DNA from: the human T2T-CHM13v2.0 reference genome, Homo sapiens
Assembly (NCBI RefSeq): GCF_009914755.1
Contig: NC_060928.1
Strand: one strand, 5' to 3'
DNA: 64,000 nt
The notes beneath the pieces were generated by a model. The model had not been told where the DNA came from. It ran no database searches and worked only from the letters and a program-made list of their open reading frames with translations. A program made the position numbers and the translations under genes. The number at the start of each line of letters is the position of its first letter. Positions within the stretch are counted from its first letter, which is position 1. Of the stretch, positions 40,721 through 53,379 are shown piece after piece.

Positions 40721-42333
40721 CTTGAAGGCGAGGTTAATTAAATCCTGTTGTGGGGTTTGAGGGCCGGAATTTAATTGTTGGAGTTTTATTTAATGTCGGG
40801 AGCAGATTGGGTAATAAAATGTATATTGAGAATAAGATGGCCTTTTGACCTTTTAGGGTCTAGGGCTGTAAAGTGTCTCGGTTGCTGGCAAACAAGTCAT
40901 GAACTGGGCTGGATTTTTATATTTGATGAAAAAGAGCCTAAACGCTATCTGATTTGGGATAAAGAAAAAGGAGCATTAACCTTGACTATGCCTTTAGCTC
41001 CAGCCACCTTTTTAAGAGTAAATTGTTGGGCAGGAGGGGGAGGGCTAGTCATGGAAGGAAACTGTAAGCCAGACCAGGTGTGAGGAGGGGAGGTGATAAA
41101 AAGATTATAGGGTGGAGGAGCGGAGGCTGAGGAAGAATTGGGACCTAGCTCGGCCTGGCGAGGAGCAGCCTGGGGAGGAAGGGAGAGGTCAGATGGGTCT
41201 GTAGAAAAGGAAGATTAGAAAGACTCAGCGAGGCTTGGGGTTGGTACTGAGGGGACAGGCAGGAGGGAAAGAAGGAAGATTTGGGACGAGTTGCACTGGG
41301 CACAGAGACTAGGAAGGGACTGATGTGTAAAAGAATGCCTGGACGTCAGGCACCTCAGACCGTTTGCCTATTTTATGACAAGAATTATTTAGATCTTGCA
41401 GGATGGAAAAATTCAAAGTGCCATTTTCTGGCTATTTGGAACTACTGTGGAGTTTGTATTGGGGTCAAGTGGCATTGCAGAAGAAAATAAGGCATTTAGG
41501 TTTTAGGTCAGGTGTGAGTTGAATTGGTTTTAAGTTTTTGAGAACACAGGCCAAGGGAGTAGAAGGAGGAATGGAGGGTGGAAGGTTGCCCATAGTGAAG
41601 GAAGGAAGCCTAGAGAAAAGAGAGAGTAGAGAAACGGAGGGAAGGGGTTTGGGGGTTCTTACCTTCCAGAAAAGTGGGAAAAGGGGTTGGGGCACAGAGA
41701 TAAGAGGTCGGGACGTGGAAATAAGTGATTGGGGCACAGAGATACGAGGTTGGGGTACTTGCCTCTCCTCTAGAAAAGCGGGACTTGCCGCTAAGAGTGA
41801 AGGAGAAGGGGTTGGAGTACTTGCCCTGTGCCCGGAAAAGCTGAGAAGGGGTAGAGACAAGGAGAGAAGGGGTTGGGGTACTTGCCCCTTCCCCAGAAAA
41901 GCAGGACTTGCTGCTAAGGGCGAAGGACCAAGGCAGGCGTCCCTGCGTGGTATGACACCTTTGAAACGTGGGTTGAATAATCAGAGAGGCGTCCCTGCAA
42001 TGATTAAACACCAAGGGAAGCCTGCCTTTCCAGTCTGTGACCGGCACCAGAGTTTTGGGTCCACAGATAAAATGTATCTCCTTTGTCTCTCCCAGAAAAT
42101 GGAAGGAATTGAAATTAAGAGATGGGAGAGATTGAAGAGTGGAAAGGAGAAAGTGGTTGAGGGACAGTGAGAGAGATTGGAGAAGAGAGTCAGAAGAGGC
42201 CGCTTAACTGATTTAAAATTGGTGAGATGTTCCTTGGGCTGGTCAGTCTGAGGACCTGAGGTCATAGGTGGATCTTTCTCACGGAGCAAAGAACAGGAGG
42301 ACAGGGGATTGATCTCCCAAGGGAGGTCCCCCG

Positions 42334-42351
42334 ATCCGAGTCATGGCACCA
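42334..42351 (-). other. Primer binding site for tRNA-His
   Basis: TGGTGCCATGACTCGGAT vs canonical TGGTGCCGTGACTCGGAT (one CpG transition), directly after the 5' LTR. Confidence 0.93.
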
Positions 42352-42353
42352 AA

Positions 42354-42805
42354 ATTCATGCGCGTCTGTGTGAAGAGACCACCAAACAGGCTTTGTGTGA
42401 GCGACACATCTGCTTATTTCACCTGGGTGCAGGCAGGCTGAGTCCGTAAAGAGAGTCAGTGAAGGGAGATAAGGGTGGGGCCGTTTTATAGGATTTGGGT
42501 AGGTAAACGAAAATTACAGTGAAAGGGGGTTTGTTCTCTGGCGGGCAGGAGTGGGGTCACAAGGTGCTCAGTGGGGGTGCTTTTGGCGCCAGGATGAGCC
42601 AGGAAAAGGACTTTCACAAGGTAATGTCATCACTTAAGGCAAGGACTGGCCATTTACACTTCTTTTGTGGTGGAATGTCATCAGTTAAGGTGGGGCAGGG
42701 CATATTCACTTCTTTTGTGATTCTTCAGTTACTTTAGGCCATCTGGGAGTATAGGTGCAAGTCACAGGGGTTGCAATGGCTTGGCTTGGGCTCAGAGGCC
42801 TGACA
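42354..42805 (-). promoter_or_regulatory. HERV-H 5' LTR (LTR7up-like) promoter/enhancer
   Basis: TATAAAA intact (42490-42484); two CACAAAAGAAGTG blocks plus CCCTGCCCCACC at about 42657-42720; poly(A) signal reads AATAAG (42418-42413). Confidence 0.92.
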
Positions 42806-43219
42806 TTTCGTACTATGGATATAATGTAAAAAGGGGGCGTTTGTCTTCTCTTTTTAAATATCCGTACAGAAGTCTCTGCTGCAACATAATAAATGACAAA
42901 TGCCAGAATATATCCTAAAAATTTAGCACATGTGGACAGTGGGTTTACTTAGATGTTTATTTTTGCCCTTACATATTTTTGGAGGATTGATACATTTTTG
43001 GTATCACTTTTGGTATTTAAACAAATAGGTAAATATTTTCTCAAAAAGTGAAGACTTTTTTTTCAGACAAATCTATGAGAAATTATTGGCTTAACAAATC
43101 ACAAGTTTTGTCACGTATGCCATATTTGTTTGTTTGTTTGTGAAAGGATTTTGGGTATTAGGCAACTGTAGCAGACATCATGTATCTGGACTTTAGCGAG
43201 TCATGATCACTCATCATCT

Positions 43220-43435
43220 AGTAAAAATATTTAATATTTATATAAGGCTTATTATGTGCTAGATACTCTTCAAATTATTTCACATCTCTTAACTCATTTG
43301 ATCTTGTTAACAGTGCTACAAAGTAGATGATTTGATTTTTGCCCTTGTATTGATGAGTAAAATTAGTCTAGCAAGTAGCAGATGGGTAATTTGAGTCCCA
43401 GACTCTCTTGCCCTAGAATTAGTTTTATAATCACA
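43220..43435 (-). mobile_element. MIR SINE
   Basis: ttattatgtgctagatactcttc...aactcatttgatcttgttaacagtgctacaaagtagatg. Confidence 0.65.
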
Positions 43436-44094
43436 ATGTCGTGCTGCTAAACAATTGAGATGCATCATTCCTGACAATCTTTGCCTTCACCCTTCAAGTA
43501 CCATATCAGCATATAAAAGTGAAGGATGATGCCTTCCAGTGAAGGTTCAAGGCTTTTGCCTGAAGTTTATATTATTTGTTTGAAATCTTTTTCAGCCATG
43601 GAGATATTGAAGGAGATTTTATTAAACTTTCATGTTGTATACAGCTGAAAGAGTGTTTTAAAAAGTGATATGTAAAATGACAGTTTTGGTATTCAAAAGG
43701 AGCAATGGTGGAAATCCAACAATAAATATGGCAGGGATAAATGTAAGGTGCTACCCTTGAATCCAATAACCCATGAAACAAGTAGAGCATAGGAGAGAGC
43801 TGATTTAGGAACAAGCCATGGGAAGAGGTCTAAGGGATTATGATACAGACTAGCCCCATCGTGGTGTGGTTCCCCAAATAACAAATTCTATCTTAGGTAG
43901 GCTGCATTTCTATGTTGTAATTTATTTATTGAATAATCTTACCTTGGTTAGTGCGTAATTCTAAACTTTTTCCAATTAACATTTTTAGCTCTGCTATTGT
44001 TAATCATTTCCCATGCTTTAATGTCACTGTGAACACATTTTTAATTTTTTCTAATGTTTTGTTACTAAAATCAGTATAAAACTCTTATCTCATA

Positions 44095-44397
44095 TTTTTT
44101 GTTTGTTTGTTTTGAGACAGAGTCTCCCTCTGTAGCCCAGGCTGGAGTGCAGTGGCACTGATTTCGGCTCACTGCAACCTCTGCTTCCCGGGTTCAAGCG
44201 ATTCTCATGCCTCAAGCTCTGGAGTAGCTGGAACTACAGGGTTACGTCACCATGCCCTGTCTAATTTTTGTATTTTTAGTAGAGATGGGGTTTCACTATG
44301 TTGGCCAGGATGATCTCGAACTCCTGACCTCAAGTGATCAGGCCACCTCAACTTCCCAAAGTGCTGGGATTACAGGCCTGAGCCTCCACACCTGGTT
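44095..44397 (-). mobile_element. AluS-like element
   Basis: Full dimer; TSD ttatc(t/c)catattt at 44085-44097 and 44398-44410. Confidence 0.92.
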
Positions 44398-45115
44398 TTA
44401 TCCCATATTTGATTTAAATTGTATGTTCTTACCTCTCCTTGGTACCCAAATTGAGACCCTAACAAATTGGAGTGGCAAAGAACTACCACAAGGTCTGACT
44501 CTGAGATAAATGTCTCTTCTTTCTCTTTGATATATAGTTGCTCCAGTATGTTAGGTCAGAGAAGAGAGAGCAGAAAGTGTTAAGTGTATCTTTATTCAAC
44601 ATTTACTAATACTATCATTTATTTGCTTTCTCTGCTTTGCAGACTTCTGTGTGGCTCTCCTATGAGGCTCATTCATGGATTCTTTAGAGGACCTATTGTA
44701 AAGTTCTCTGATATGGGAGATTCAATCTGAATCCAAGCTAGCTAGCCTCCATTAGAGTGAACCCCAAGCTGTACACACTGTTGGAACTTGTTTTTGAGGT
44801 CTCCTTAGTTACTATCCAGTGGCTCTAGCTCCACTACATTTTGTATATTTACTTGACTCATGGAGAACTTACATAGAGTTACTTCTAAGTCTACAGCCTG
44901 TTCTATTGCAACACCTTGCATAGATTGGTGGACCACTTGGGTGAAATGCAGAGAATATCATGCAGAGAATATCTGCTCTGCATGAATGATTAACAGCAGA
45001 AGTTCTCAAGTTTTACCTGATAACCTTCGAAGTAACACCAATTCCTTGATTTGCTCCTGCACCATCCCTTTTTGGATTCTATCCAACAGATCTGCTATAA
45101 AGCCTGATGATTTTG

Positions 45116-46123
45116 TTTGTTTAAAGCACTTCAGCTAGTCAGCAAGGGTTCAGAAACACTAAATTAGATTACCTTACTCAGAATCCTATGATTCTATGTA
45201 TTTTTATCCTCTTTAAAAGTACTTTTATAACTGTGATATTACTTTAATATTTTAAAACAACCATAAATAAGATTGCAGATAGTAATGCATTGGGTTTGCA
45301 AAAATAACTTTAGATAAAATATATTCCAGTTTGTATTTATGTGATAATACATTACCTCAAGACCTCAAAAATAGATTTGCTTTGTTTATATGGTTTCCTT
45401 CTATAAGTGAAAAAAACTAGTCCAATGAAATAAAGGGTTAAGACCCCTTAGAGGAAAAGGAAGATAAAATTATCTTCAGAAATGGCTATGGTAACACCTC
45501 CCAAGGCAAACTATTGGCAGACCTTCTAAGGGCAGATTGTGTGCATCTATGTAAGTGAAAAACAGCTGAAGGGTGTCAAGTGCTCTGAGTCACACTAGAG
45601 TCCCTTTAGATTTATTTCCCAAACCAAGTAGTAGTTGCCTTTTCCACCAGCCCACACAGTTCTATTATTTTCCTATCTTTGCTTTATGAATAGCTGGCTC
45701 TTACAGTACTTAACTTCTTATCTTAGTCCACTTGGGCTGCTAGAACAAAATATCATAAACTCGATAGCTTATAAACAACAGAAATTTATTTTTCACAGTT
45801 TTGGATGCTGAGAAGTCCAAAATCACAGTGCTTGCAGATTCCAGATCTGGTGAGGGCTTATCCTTTGGTTCACAGACAGTACCTTCTAGCTGTGTCTGCT
45901 CATGTTGGAAGAAGCAAGCTAACATTCTGAGTTCTCTTTTATAAAAGGACTAATTCCAGTGATGAGGGCTCTGCCCTTGTGACCTAATAACCTTCCAAAG
46001 GCCCCACCTCCTAATACCATCACCTTATGGGTTAGAATTTCAAAGCAGAAATTTGGGGTGGAGGAGGATCAAAAATTCAAATATTCTGAACCCTTGCTGA
46101 CTAGCTGAAGTGCTTTAAACAAA
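45116..46123. repeat. Perfect 40-bp inverted repeat pair (45116-45155 and 46084-46123), 928-bp spacer
   Basis: ttctgaacccttgctgactagctgaagtgctttaaacaaa at 46084 is the exact reverse complement of 45116-45155. Confidence 0.95.
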
Positions 46124-46144
46124 TAAACAAAAACAAACATATCA
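45719..46144 (-). mobile_element. MLT1A0-type MaLR solo LTR carrying a ~50-bp insertion near its terminus
   Basis: tcttagtccacttgggctgctagaacaaaa...ccaaaggccccacctcctaataccatcacc; terminus catatca at 46144; TSD cttct (45714-45718) / cttat (46145-46149). Confidence 0.85.
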
Positions 46145-46279
46145 CTTATGTTGAAAACTAGTCAAATAATAAGGCATTTCTAACATAAGACCTCATGATC
46201 AAGTAAACTTACATGAAATGACCAGTGCAAAGACATGCTTGGGTAAAGCTTTTCTGTAGAGTAGTAGTATTGATTTTTA

Positions 46280-46617
<338 letters not shown>

Positions 46618-46774
46618 TAGTATTGATTTTTAAAGTATATTTTTTCATCACATCCCTACCAAATTATATACAAATTAAGTAACTAGCCCAGTTAGGAAAA
46701 TAGTACACAAGTACTAAATCCATATTAAGATCAACATCTAAAAAAATAAACATTTACATAAATGGAAGAGACAT

Positions 46775-46898
46775 TTTTTACTACATTTATTTGATTTTAA
46801 TAATTTAATTTTATGGAATTTATGAAAATTTTATTTTTAGGAATTCATGAAAAATTCCAAAAATTTCAATTATTAAAATCAAATAAATGAGGTAAAAA
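46775..46898. repeat. AT-rich imperfect palindrome
   Basis: 22-bp perfect arms at 46784-46805 and 46868-46889, extending imperfectly both ways. Confidence 0.85.
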
Positions 46899-47149
46899 TT
46901 ATGTAAGATATATTTGGGTAAAAAGCATAAACACATTTAAATATTTTATTAAAACATTTTAATTAACAGGAACATGTTTTAAAGGAACTAATACATAAAA
47001 ATCAATTTCAATCTCATTATTCCTCACAATCACTTCCAGTATTCTGGAGCCTCAGGTTTTCATCCTTGATATTTATTTATAAAGATTATTGTAGTCATAT
47101 TGCTCATGTAATAGATAATCCCTCTCCACAACTAATATTTTATTATGAT

Positions 47150-47820
47150 ATTTTCTACATTATTACCTATTTCTCATAAATATAACTAGAAATTATCGTG
47201 CAATATTTTATTGGGTAACATGATTTAGTTAGCTATTTCTCCCATAATTATACATTATATATGGCTTACTCTTGGGTTTTGCTCCTACATATAGGACTGC
47301 TTTAGATCTCCATGTCACTAAGGTTTTACCATATTTGGATTATTTCCTTAGGATAATTTTTCAGAAGTGGGATTATTAAAGAGACTCAACATTTTTAAGT
47401 TTTTGTTTTGTAATGCAAAGTTGATTTCCATAACTTACAGTGCTGCCAGCAAGATAGGGAAACATCCAGTACACAGCCTTACTTTTTCCTTGAATTTGGA
47501 GCTCATCTTTTATAGTTTGTATAAAATATGATAGTTGAAAATAATATTTCATGGTCAGATCCATGTGAAATACAAATTATTGTATTAGTGGAGATGAGTT
47601 GAAAAGTTTTTTCCATGTGTGGAAAATACATTTGCCTTTCTCCTCTAAAATATGTCTTTTTGGAAAATAGGAACTTCAGTATTTTGTGATCATTTGTATA
47701 CACTCTTCATATAATAATAACTCTGTCATAACTGCAAAAATATTCATATTTATTCTTAATTTTACTAATTATACTCAAGTTTTTACTTGTAATATAATCA
47801 AATATCTCTATCTTTTCTTA
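47150..47820 (-). mobile_element. Ancient L1M (ME-like) fragment
   Basis: ggattatttccttaggataatttttcagaagtgggattatt...tttgcctttctcct resembles antisense ORF2 end/3'UTR. Confidence 0.55.

Positions 47821-47823
<3 letters not shown>

Positions 47824-47866
<43 letters not shown>
47824..47866. repeat. (TA)n microsatellite
   Basis: Seen directly. Confidence 0.95.
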
Positions 47867-47867
<1 letters not shown>

Positions 47868-48940
47868 CACTTAAGCCAAATTCATTTATATTTCAGAACA
47901 GTCAGGAATCTCTAGAAGCTTCATTAACTCTTTCCTACCATTATATTTAATTTTTAAGTCATGGCTTTAGAGCACCAGAGGTTAGTATGAGTAATTTAGT
48001 CAGTGAGAAAAGTTGGCTCCTTCTGGAAAAGCACCTTTATCAAAGCAATTCCATCAAAGCTGGCTTTGAATTTCAGAGAAAGCAATTAGATTAAAAGAAA
48101 ATTAGGATCTTGGCTCACAGTAAGAGCATGTAAAACATAATTCATCTTGATTCAGCGTTTTAATATTCTATCATGGGTATCAAATATGTCAGATATGAAA
48201 AGTAATTTCAGCTTTGTTTTCAACTTTGCTAAGTTTGGTCACTGTTCCTTAGAAGCAAAAGTTTAGCTCTGATCATGTTGGAAAATAAAGTAGTTTTAGT
48301 CATTAAAAACAAAAATTTTATCAATAATAGTGTGATATTATAATAATGTCATATTTTCATCTTCTGGTGTACCTATCTTGTGCCTGATGTATAATAGGTG
48401 CAGAATTTATAATAGTAGAATGAATAGATGAATTTCCTGAAGTAGAATGCAGTGAGGCATTAAGCATGTCCTCATAATGCCTTTAGGATTGCCAAAAGTC
48501 TTGCTTAGGGGTTGAAAAAGAAGTAGAAATCAAATGATAAGACCTCGAAGGAACAGAGAAATCCAACTCAATGAACAGTAAAAATCAATGAAGGCAAAAA
48601 AGGTCCATTTTTATCTCATTCATCTTCAGAGATAGACCAGTGTAAGTTCATTGATTTACAGTGCTCATTGAGTTGTATTCTCCTGTTCTTTGTTGTGCTC
48701 CATTCTCTGTTTTTTCAGCTTCACTTTGTGTTTTATTTTAAATTGTATTTGTTATGAGGTGGGCTTTGATGGCATAGTTTTAGCACAATGAGACTATTTT
48801 TTTTCACTTGATTTTTCTACTCATATGATATCATCACTTTTCAATATTCTTAATGGTACTTTTCTGAATAACCTCCTTTAAATCTCTCTCTTTCTTTATG
48901 TTGATCTGTGTCAATCAAGTTTTTATGTGTAAAAGTGTGT

Positions 48941-49115
48941 TAATAAATTTAAATTTAAAAATAAATTTTAATTTAATTTAATTTTTAAATATTTATTTTA
49001 ATAAATTTAAATAAATTTAATTTTTAAATAAGTTTAAATAAATATTCAAATAAAATAAAAATAAAATAATATTTAAATAAATTTAAATTAAAATAAATTT
49101 AATTTAAATTTATTA
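48941..49115. repeat. Near-pure AT palindromic low-complexity tract
   Basis: 175 bp with two G/C bases; 15-bp perfect terminal inverted repeats taataaatttaaatt / aatttaaatttatta. Confidence 0.88.
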
Positions 49116-50474
49116 TAGTGACCATACAAAACAAATAGTTGTTTCTATTCAGTTCACTCATAAAGAAATGTTATTTAACAAATATATTCAGCACCTTTCA
49201 ATGCAATGCACTTTTGCAGTTGTCAAGCACCATAATTCACTTAGGTTCTGCCCCAGGCCTTTAATTATAAGTTCTTATTTATGGGAATTAGAGAGTAGAA
49301 CTTGAACTGAAGAGACTAGCCTGACCGTGGAGCTGACAAAGAAAGAATGTACATTGGTTCTGAGTACAGTGCCCACAGATAATTGGAGAATACGTGTTTG
49401 AATCAGACTGATGAATTCTGGGTGGAACATGAAAGCCGGTAATTCTAAATATTAGTGATATTAATTAAATCATCATAATTTGTCTAGAATCACGCTCAAT
49501 TTAGAAAGGATTCATCTAAGGGAATGAAGACAGAATAGCTGAAGCCAATATTTTGAAAGATAAAACAGAGTAAGAAAAATTATTTGACCACTAGGCATTT
49601 ACATTTTTTTATAGTATATAAATCACTTACAACATGCAGATACACGCATACAATAGAATTTCAATGAGGTACAATCACTTCCCACATTTTAATGAATGTG
49701 CTCAGGGTAGAAGTAATAAATTATTTTAATATATAGAATTTGATAAACTCATAATAGAAGTAGAAGCAAATCCTTTGAGTGCTACAAAGAAAGGAAACCC
49801 ATTTCACCAATGATATGCATGAGTGCTTCATTGTGGAGTTCATCTTTGGTTTCAGGCTTAAATTATGACACATTGACAATTTGGAACATTCAGATTAAGA
49901 AAACATTGAGCAATAATTCAGGAAAATTAGGCAGAAGGGTATGTTCACAAAATAATCCTGTATTGTCCAAATGTCAAAAGAGCCTAAGTATTCATCTCAA
50001 ATTGAGCCTAGAAAATTAGACTTTGGGAGGGTCACAAGATAAGATGTTTGTAATATAGCCAGATAAGCACTAAAACAAATCCAGGATTAGGCTGTCTTGT
50101 GATTTGGCTTTCTCCACTGTAAACCATGTTTTTCTATGAATGTGAGACTCTGCTGGCATTGTTGAATCACTACATAGTCATCCATTCATTCATCATTTAA
50201 TTTATTATCCATTCAGGATTGCAAAAAGCCAAGGATGTATAAGTGTAAAAGACAGGTAAAGCAGTGTCATGGCATACATCATTGTGGAAAGCTACCATTA
50301 TATACTTGGCTATTGAACACAGATGCCCTAACAGTGAAAGTTTTAATAAAAATAATATTATGCCACATAAATGTTCTTTATAGTATATATGGAAATGTTC
50401 TCTATTATTAATGTCAACATTGCCTTTCTGTCATGCTTTGGTTAGCAAATTTAGCAAGGGTAAATCTGTTTAGA

Positions 50475-50780
50475 TTTTTTTTTTTTTTTTTAGACAGAGT
50501 CTCACTTGGTCACACAGGCTGGAGTGCAGTGGCACGATCTTGGCTCACTGTAACCTCTGCCTCCTAAGTTCAAGCAATTCTCCTGCCTCAGCCTCCTGAG
50601 TAGCTGGGATTACAGGCATGCCACTGCACCCTGCTGATTTTTGTATTCTTAGTAGAGATGGGGTTTCACCATGTTGGCCATGACTGGCCAGGCTGGTCTT
50701 GAACTCCTGACCTCAGGTGATCCACCCACTTTGGCCTCTCAAATTGCTGGGAATACAGGGGTGAGCCAAGGTGCCCGGCC
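50475..50780 (-). mobile_element. AluS (Sx-like)
   Basis: Full dimer with cctgacctcaggtgatcc; degenerate TSD ct(g/c)tttag(a/g)ttttt. Confidence 0.92.
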
Positions 50781-50973
50781 CTCTTTAGGTTTTTAATGTA
50801 AGTTTTTTATGAAGTTTTCTGTGCTATTTTAAGCATGAAAGTGAGACTAATACATATAATAACAATTTGTGAGAACTTGTATTTGGAAGTACTTAATAAT
50901 AGTTTGTGAATTGTTACCTGCCCGTTCATGAGTAGATAGCAAATATATATGATACATGTATATATAATATATG

Positions 50974-51059
50974 TTTACCATATATATATATTTACCATAT
51001 ATATATATTTACCATATATATTTTTTTACCATATATATATATTTACCATATATATATAT
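50974..51059. repeat. Minisatellite, about 5 copies of 17-bp tttaccatatatatata
   Basis: Seen directly; a (TG)n tract follows at about 51099-51119. Confidence 0.9.
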
Positions 51060-51234
51060 GTATGTTTCTATATATGATACATAGAGATAGACTGACAGGT
51101 GTGTGTGTGTGTGTGTGTGCATACACTTATGCATTTGTTAGTCTATGTATCCATGTAACTTATGTATGATTTTCTACTTATGAATATGTGGCATTTGTGT
51201 GGGTGTGTGTGTGGGGGTGTATACATGCATTAAA

Positions 51235-51590
51235 TCATGTCCTCTAAAGAGCAAATACCATGTCAGAATTTATCATGCAAGAGATTTATTGGGAAAATGC
51301 CTGTGAAAGAAGAAGGAGAGGGAAATAAAGGAGGCAGGAAGAACCATCAAACATTGAAGCAGTTCTGATCCCTGGGAAAGGAGGGGAGAGAAGGAAGGAG
51401 AGTTGGACTGACAGAATCTTGGATGAAGCATAGTTTTTAAAATATTTTGGCCAGGCCAACAGGGAGTCATTGTGCCAAAGTTGCCTGTCAGAGGAGTATT
51501 ACATCTTTTAGAAATGGACCTGTCTTGCTAATGCTATCTTGCTCAGTCATTAGCAGAGAATGGGTTCATACAGAGTATGGCCTCACGTAT
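51235..51590 (-). mobile_element. LTR16-like ERVL LTR
   Basis: tgcaagagatttattgggaaaatgcctgtgaaag...ttggccaggccaacagggagtc...gccaaagttgcctgtcagaggagt. Confidence 0.6.
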
Positions 51591-52720
51591 GTATATTCAC
51601 ATATGTATATGTATTCATATACATATATGCATACATAAGTATCAAAAACCGATGTATATTTATTGCACCAAATGATTTTTAATGTACATGTTGAAACATA
51701 TTCGTTGTGTTACTCTTATGCATATAAAGTTATTTGTAAAGACATGGATTTCTTTCATTTATGTTTTAAAATTTCCATGTACTATATTAGAGGACATAAA
51801 AAGATGCGTAATATTACCTAGGAGTGCACATTGTTGAAGAGAGTTACCTAGTGTTTGTGAAAGGCTTTTATCATCCAGAAATTAAATTTTACGGCTTACC
51901 TTTTAATTTTCCTCTCAAATATTGATTGATTTTTTTTACAAGTAGAAAACATTTAAGCTATGTTTGAGATTTTTTAAATATAATGTATAACTTAATAAAG
52001 CTAAATTATACTGTCCTTAAAAACTTAAGACCACTGACTGTTTCTTTCTTACTGAAATCAAAATAGTGATTATGGCTCAAAGACAATATTACAAAACTGA
52101 ATATGATTGCAAATATGTGTGCACTAAACCACAGCATGCACACTTTGGCCACAGCCAAACCATAATTAGATTTCTCCAAAAATGCCTCTTAGTGTTTAAA
52201 TAAACAGTACTATGTCGTAATAGTACATGACATATAGATAATTTACTTTTTTAGAGAAATATAAATAATAAATAATGACACATTGTTTTCTCTGCTATTA
52301 CTTACAAAATTTGAGTGTCTAAGTCATAAATGTGTTTTTCTTTCCCACATTAAAACAATGACAAAATAATTAGATTTGTATGTTTTTTCCACTTATTGGA
52401 CACCTGGCTTCAAATTCTATTAATTATTCATTACCTGATCAGCAAAGAATACAGAGAAAAGTACTTAACTATATGAAAATGAGCATTATGCATAAGGATA
52501 AATTTGGCTAGTATCTTACAAGTTTCCTTATATAAATTTTTTCAACTTTAAAAATCTTGTGATTCTCCATATAAATACAGTTTTATTGATCAAATGAAGC
52601 ATAAATATAACTAAAATTAATACATTTATTAACCTCTGAAAAATGTTAGGTGAATGCTATGTATATACAAACACAGTGGTTGCTATATGGCATGGAACAT
52701 TCCCATCAAATCTGCATCCC

Positions 52721-53057
<337 letters not shown>

Positions 53058-53379
53058 TTATGTTGTCCCAAAAACTCAGATAAAACCAAACTAGAGTATT
53101 TAAAAAAAATTATTTCTAAGAGGTTGATTTTAAACTGTTTTCCTACTTGGTTAAGATTCTACTGTATGTCTAGCTGTAAATGTTTTACAACTTCATGATT
53201 ATGGAATGAAAATTAGTGCTACTTTTATATAGCACCACTGTAAATTTCTATTCATTAAAACTACTTTAAAATAGAAAAATCCTAATAGAGCCCATATCTT
53301 TGAAAGGCACTAGAATTTATGTGAAATAAAAAGGATACTTCTAATTTTATTTATTTTTCATTTGGAGTAATGTTTTAAT

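Noticed and set aside
41465-42289. Longest ORFs in the track (210 aa plus strand; 131, 145 and 102 aa minus strand)
   Set aside because: They lie in the purine/pyrimidine-skewed, internally repeated HERV-H leader and pre-gag region. Low stop density explains them, and no protein family is recognisable.
45116-46123. Reading the 40-bp inverted pair as transposon TIRs or inversion breakpoints
   Set aside because: There is no external TSD, identity is too high for extinct human DNA transposons, and the MLT1A LTR with its TSD is collinear across the right arm.
50974-51059. Regularly spaced repeats superficially like a CRISPR array
   Set aside because: There are no unique spacers; it is a simple TA-rich minisatellite in a eukaryotic context.
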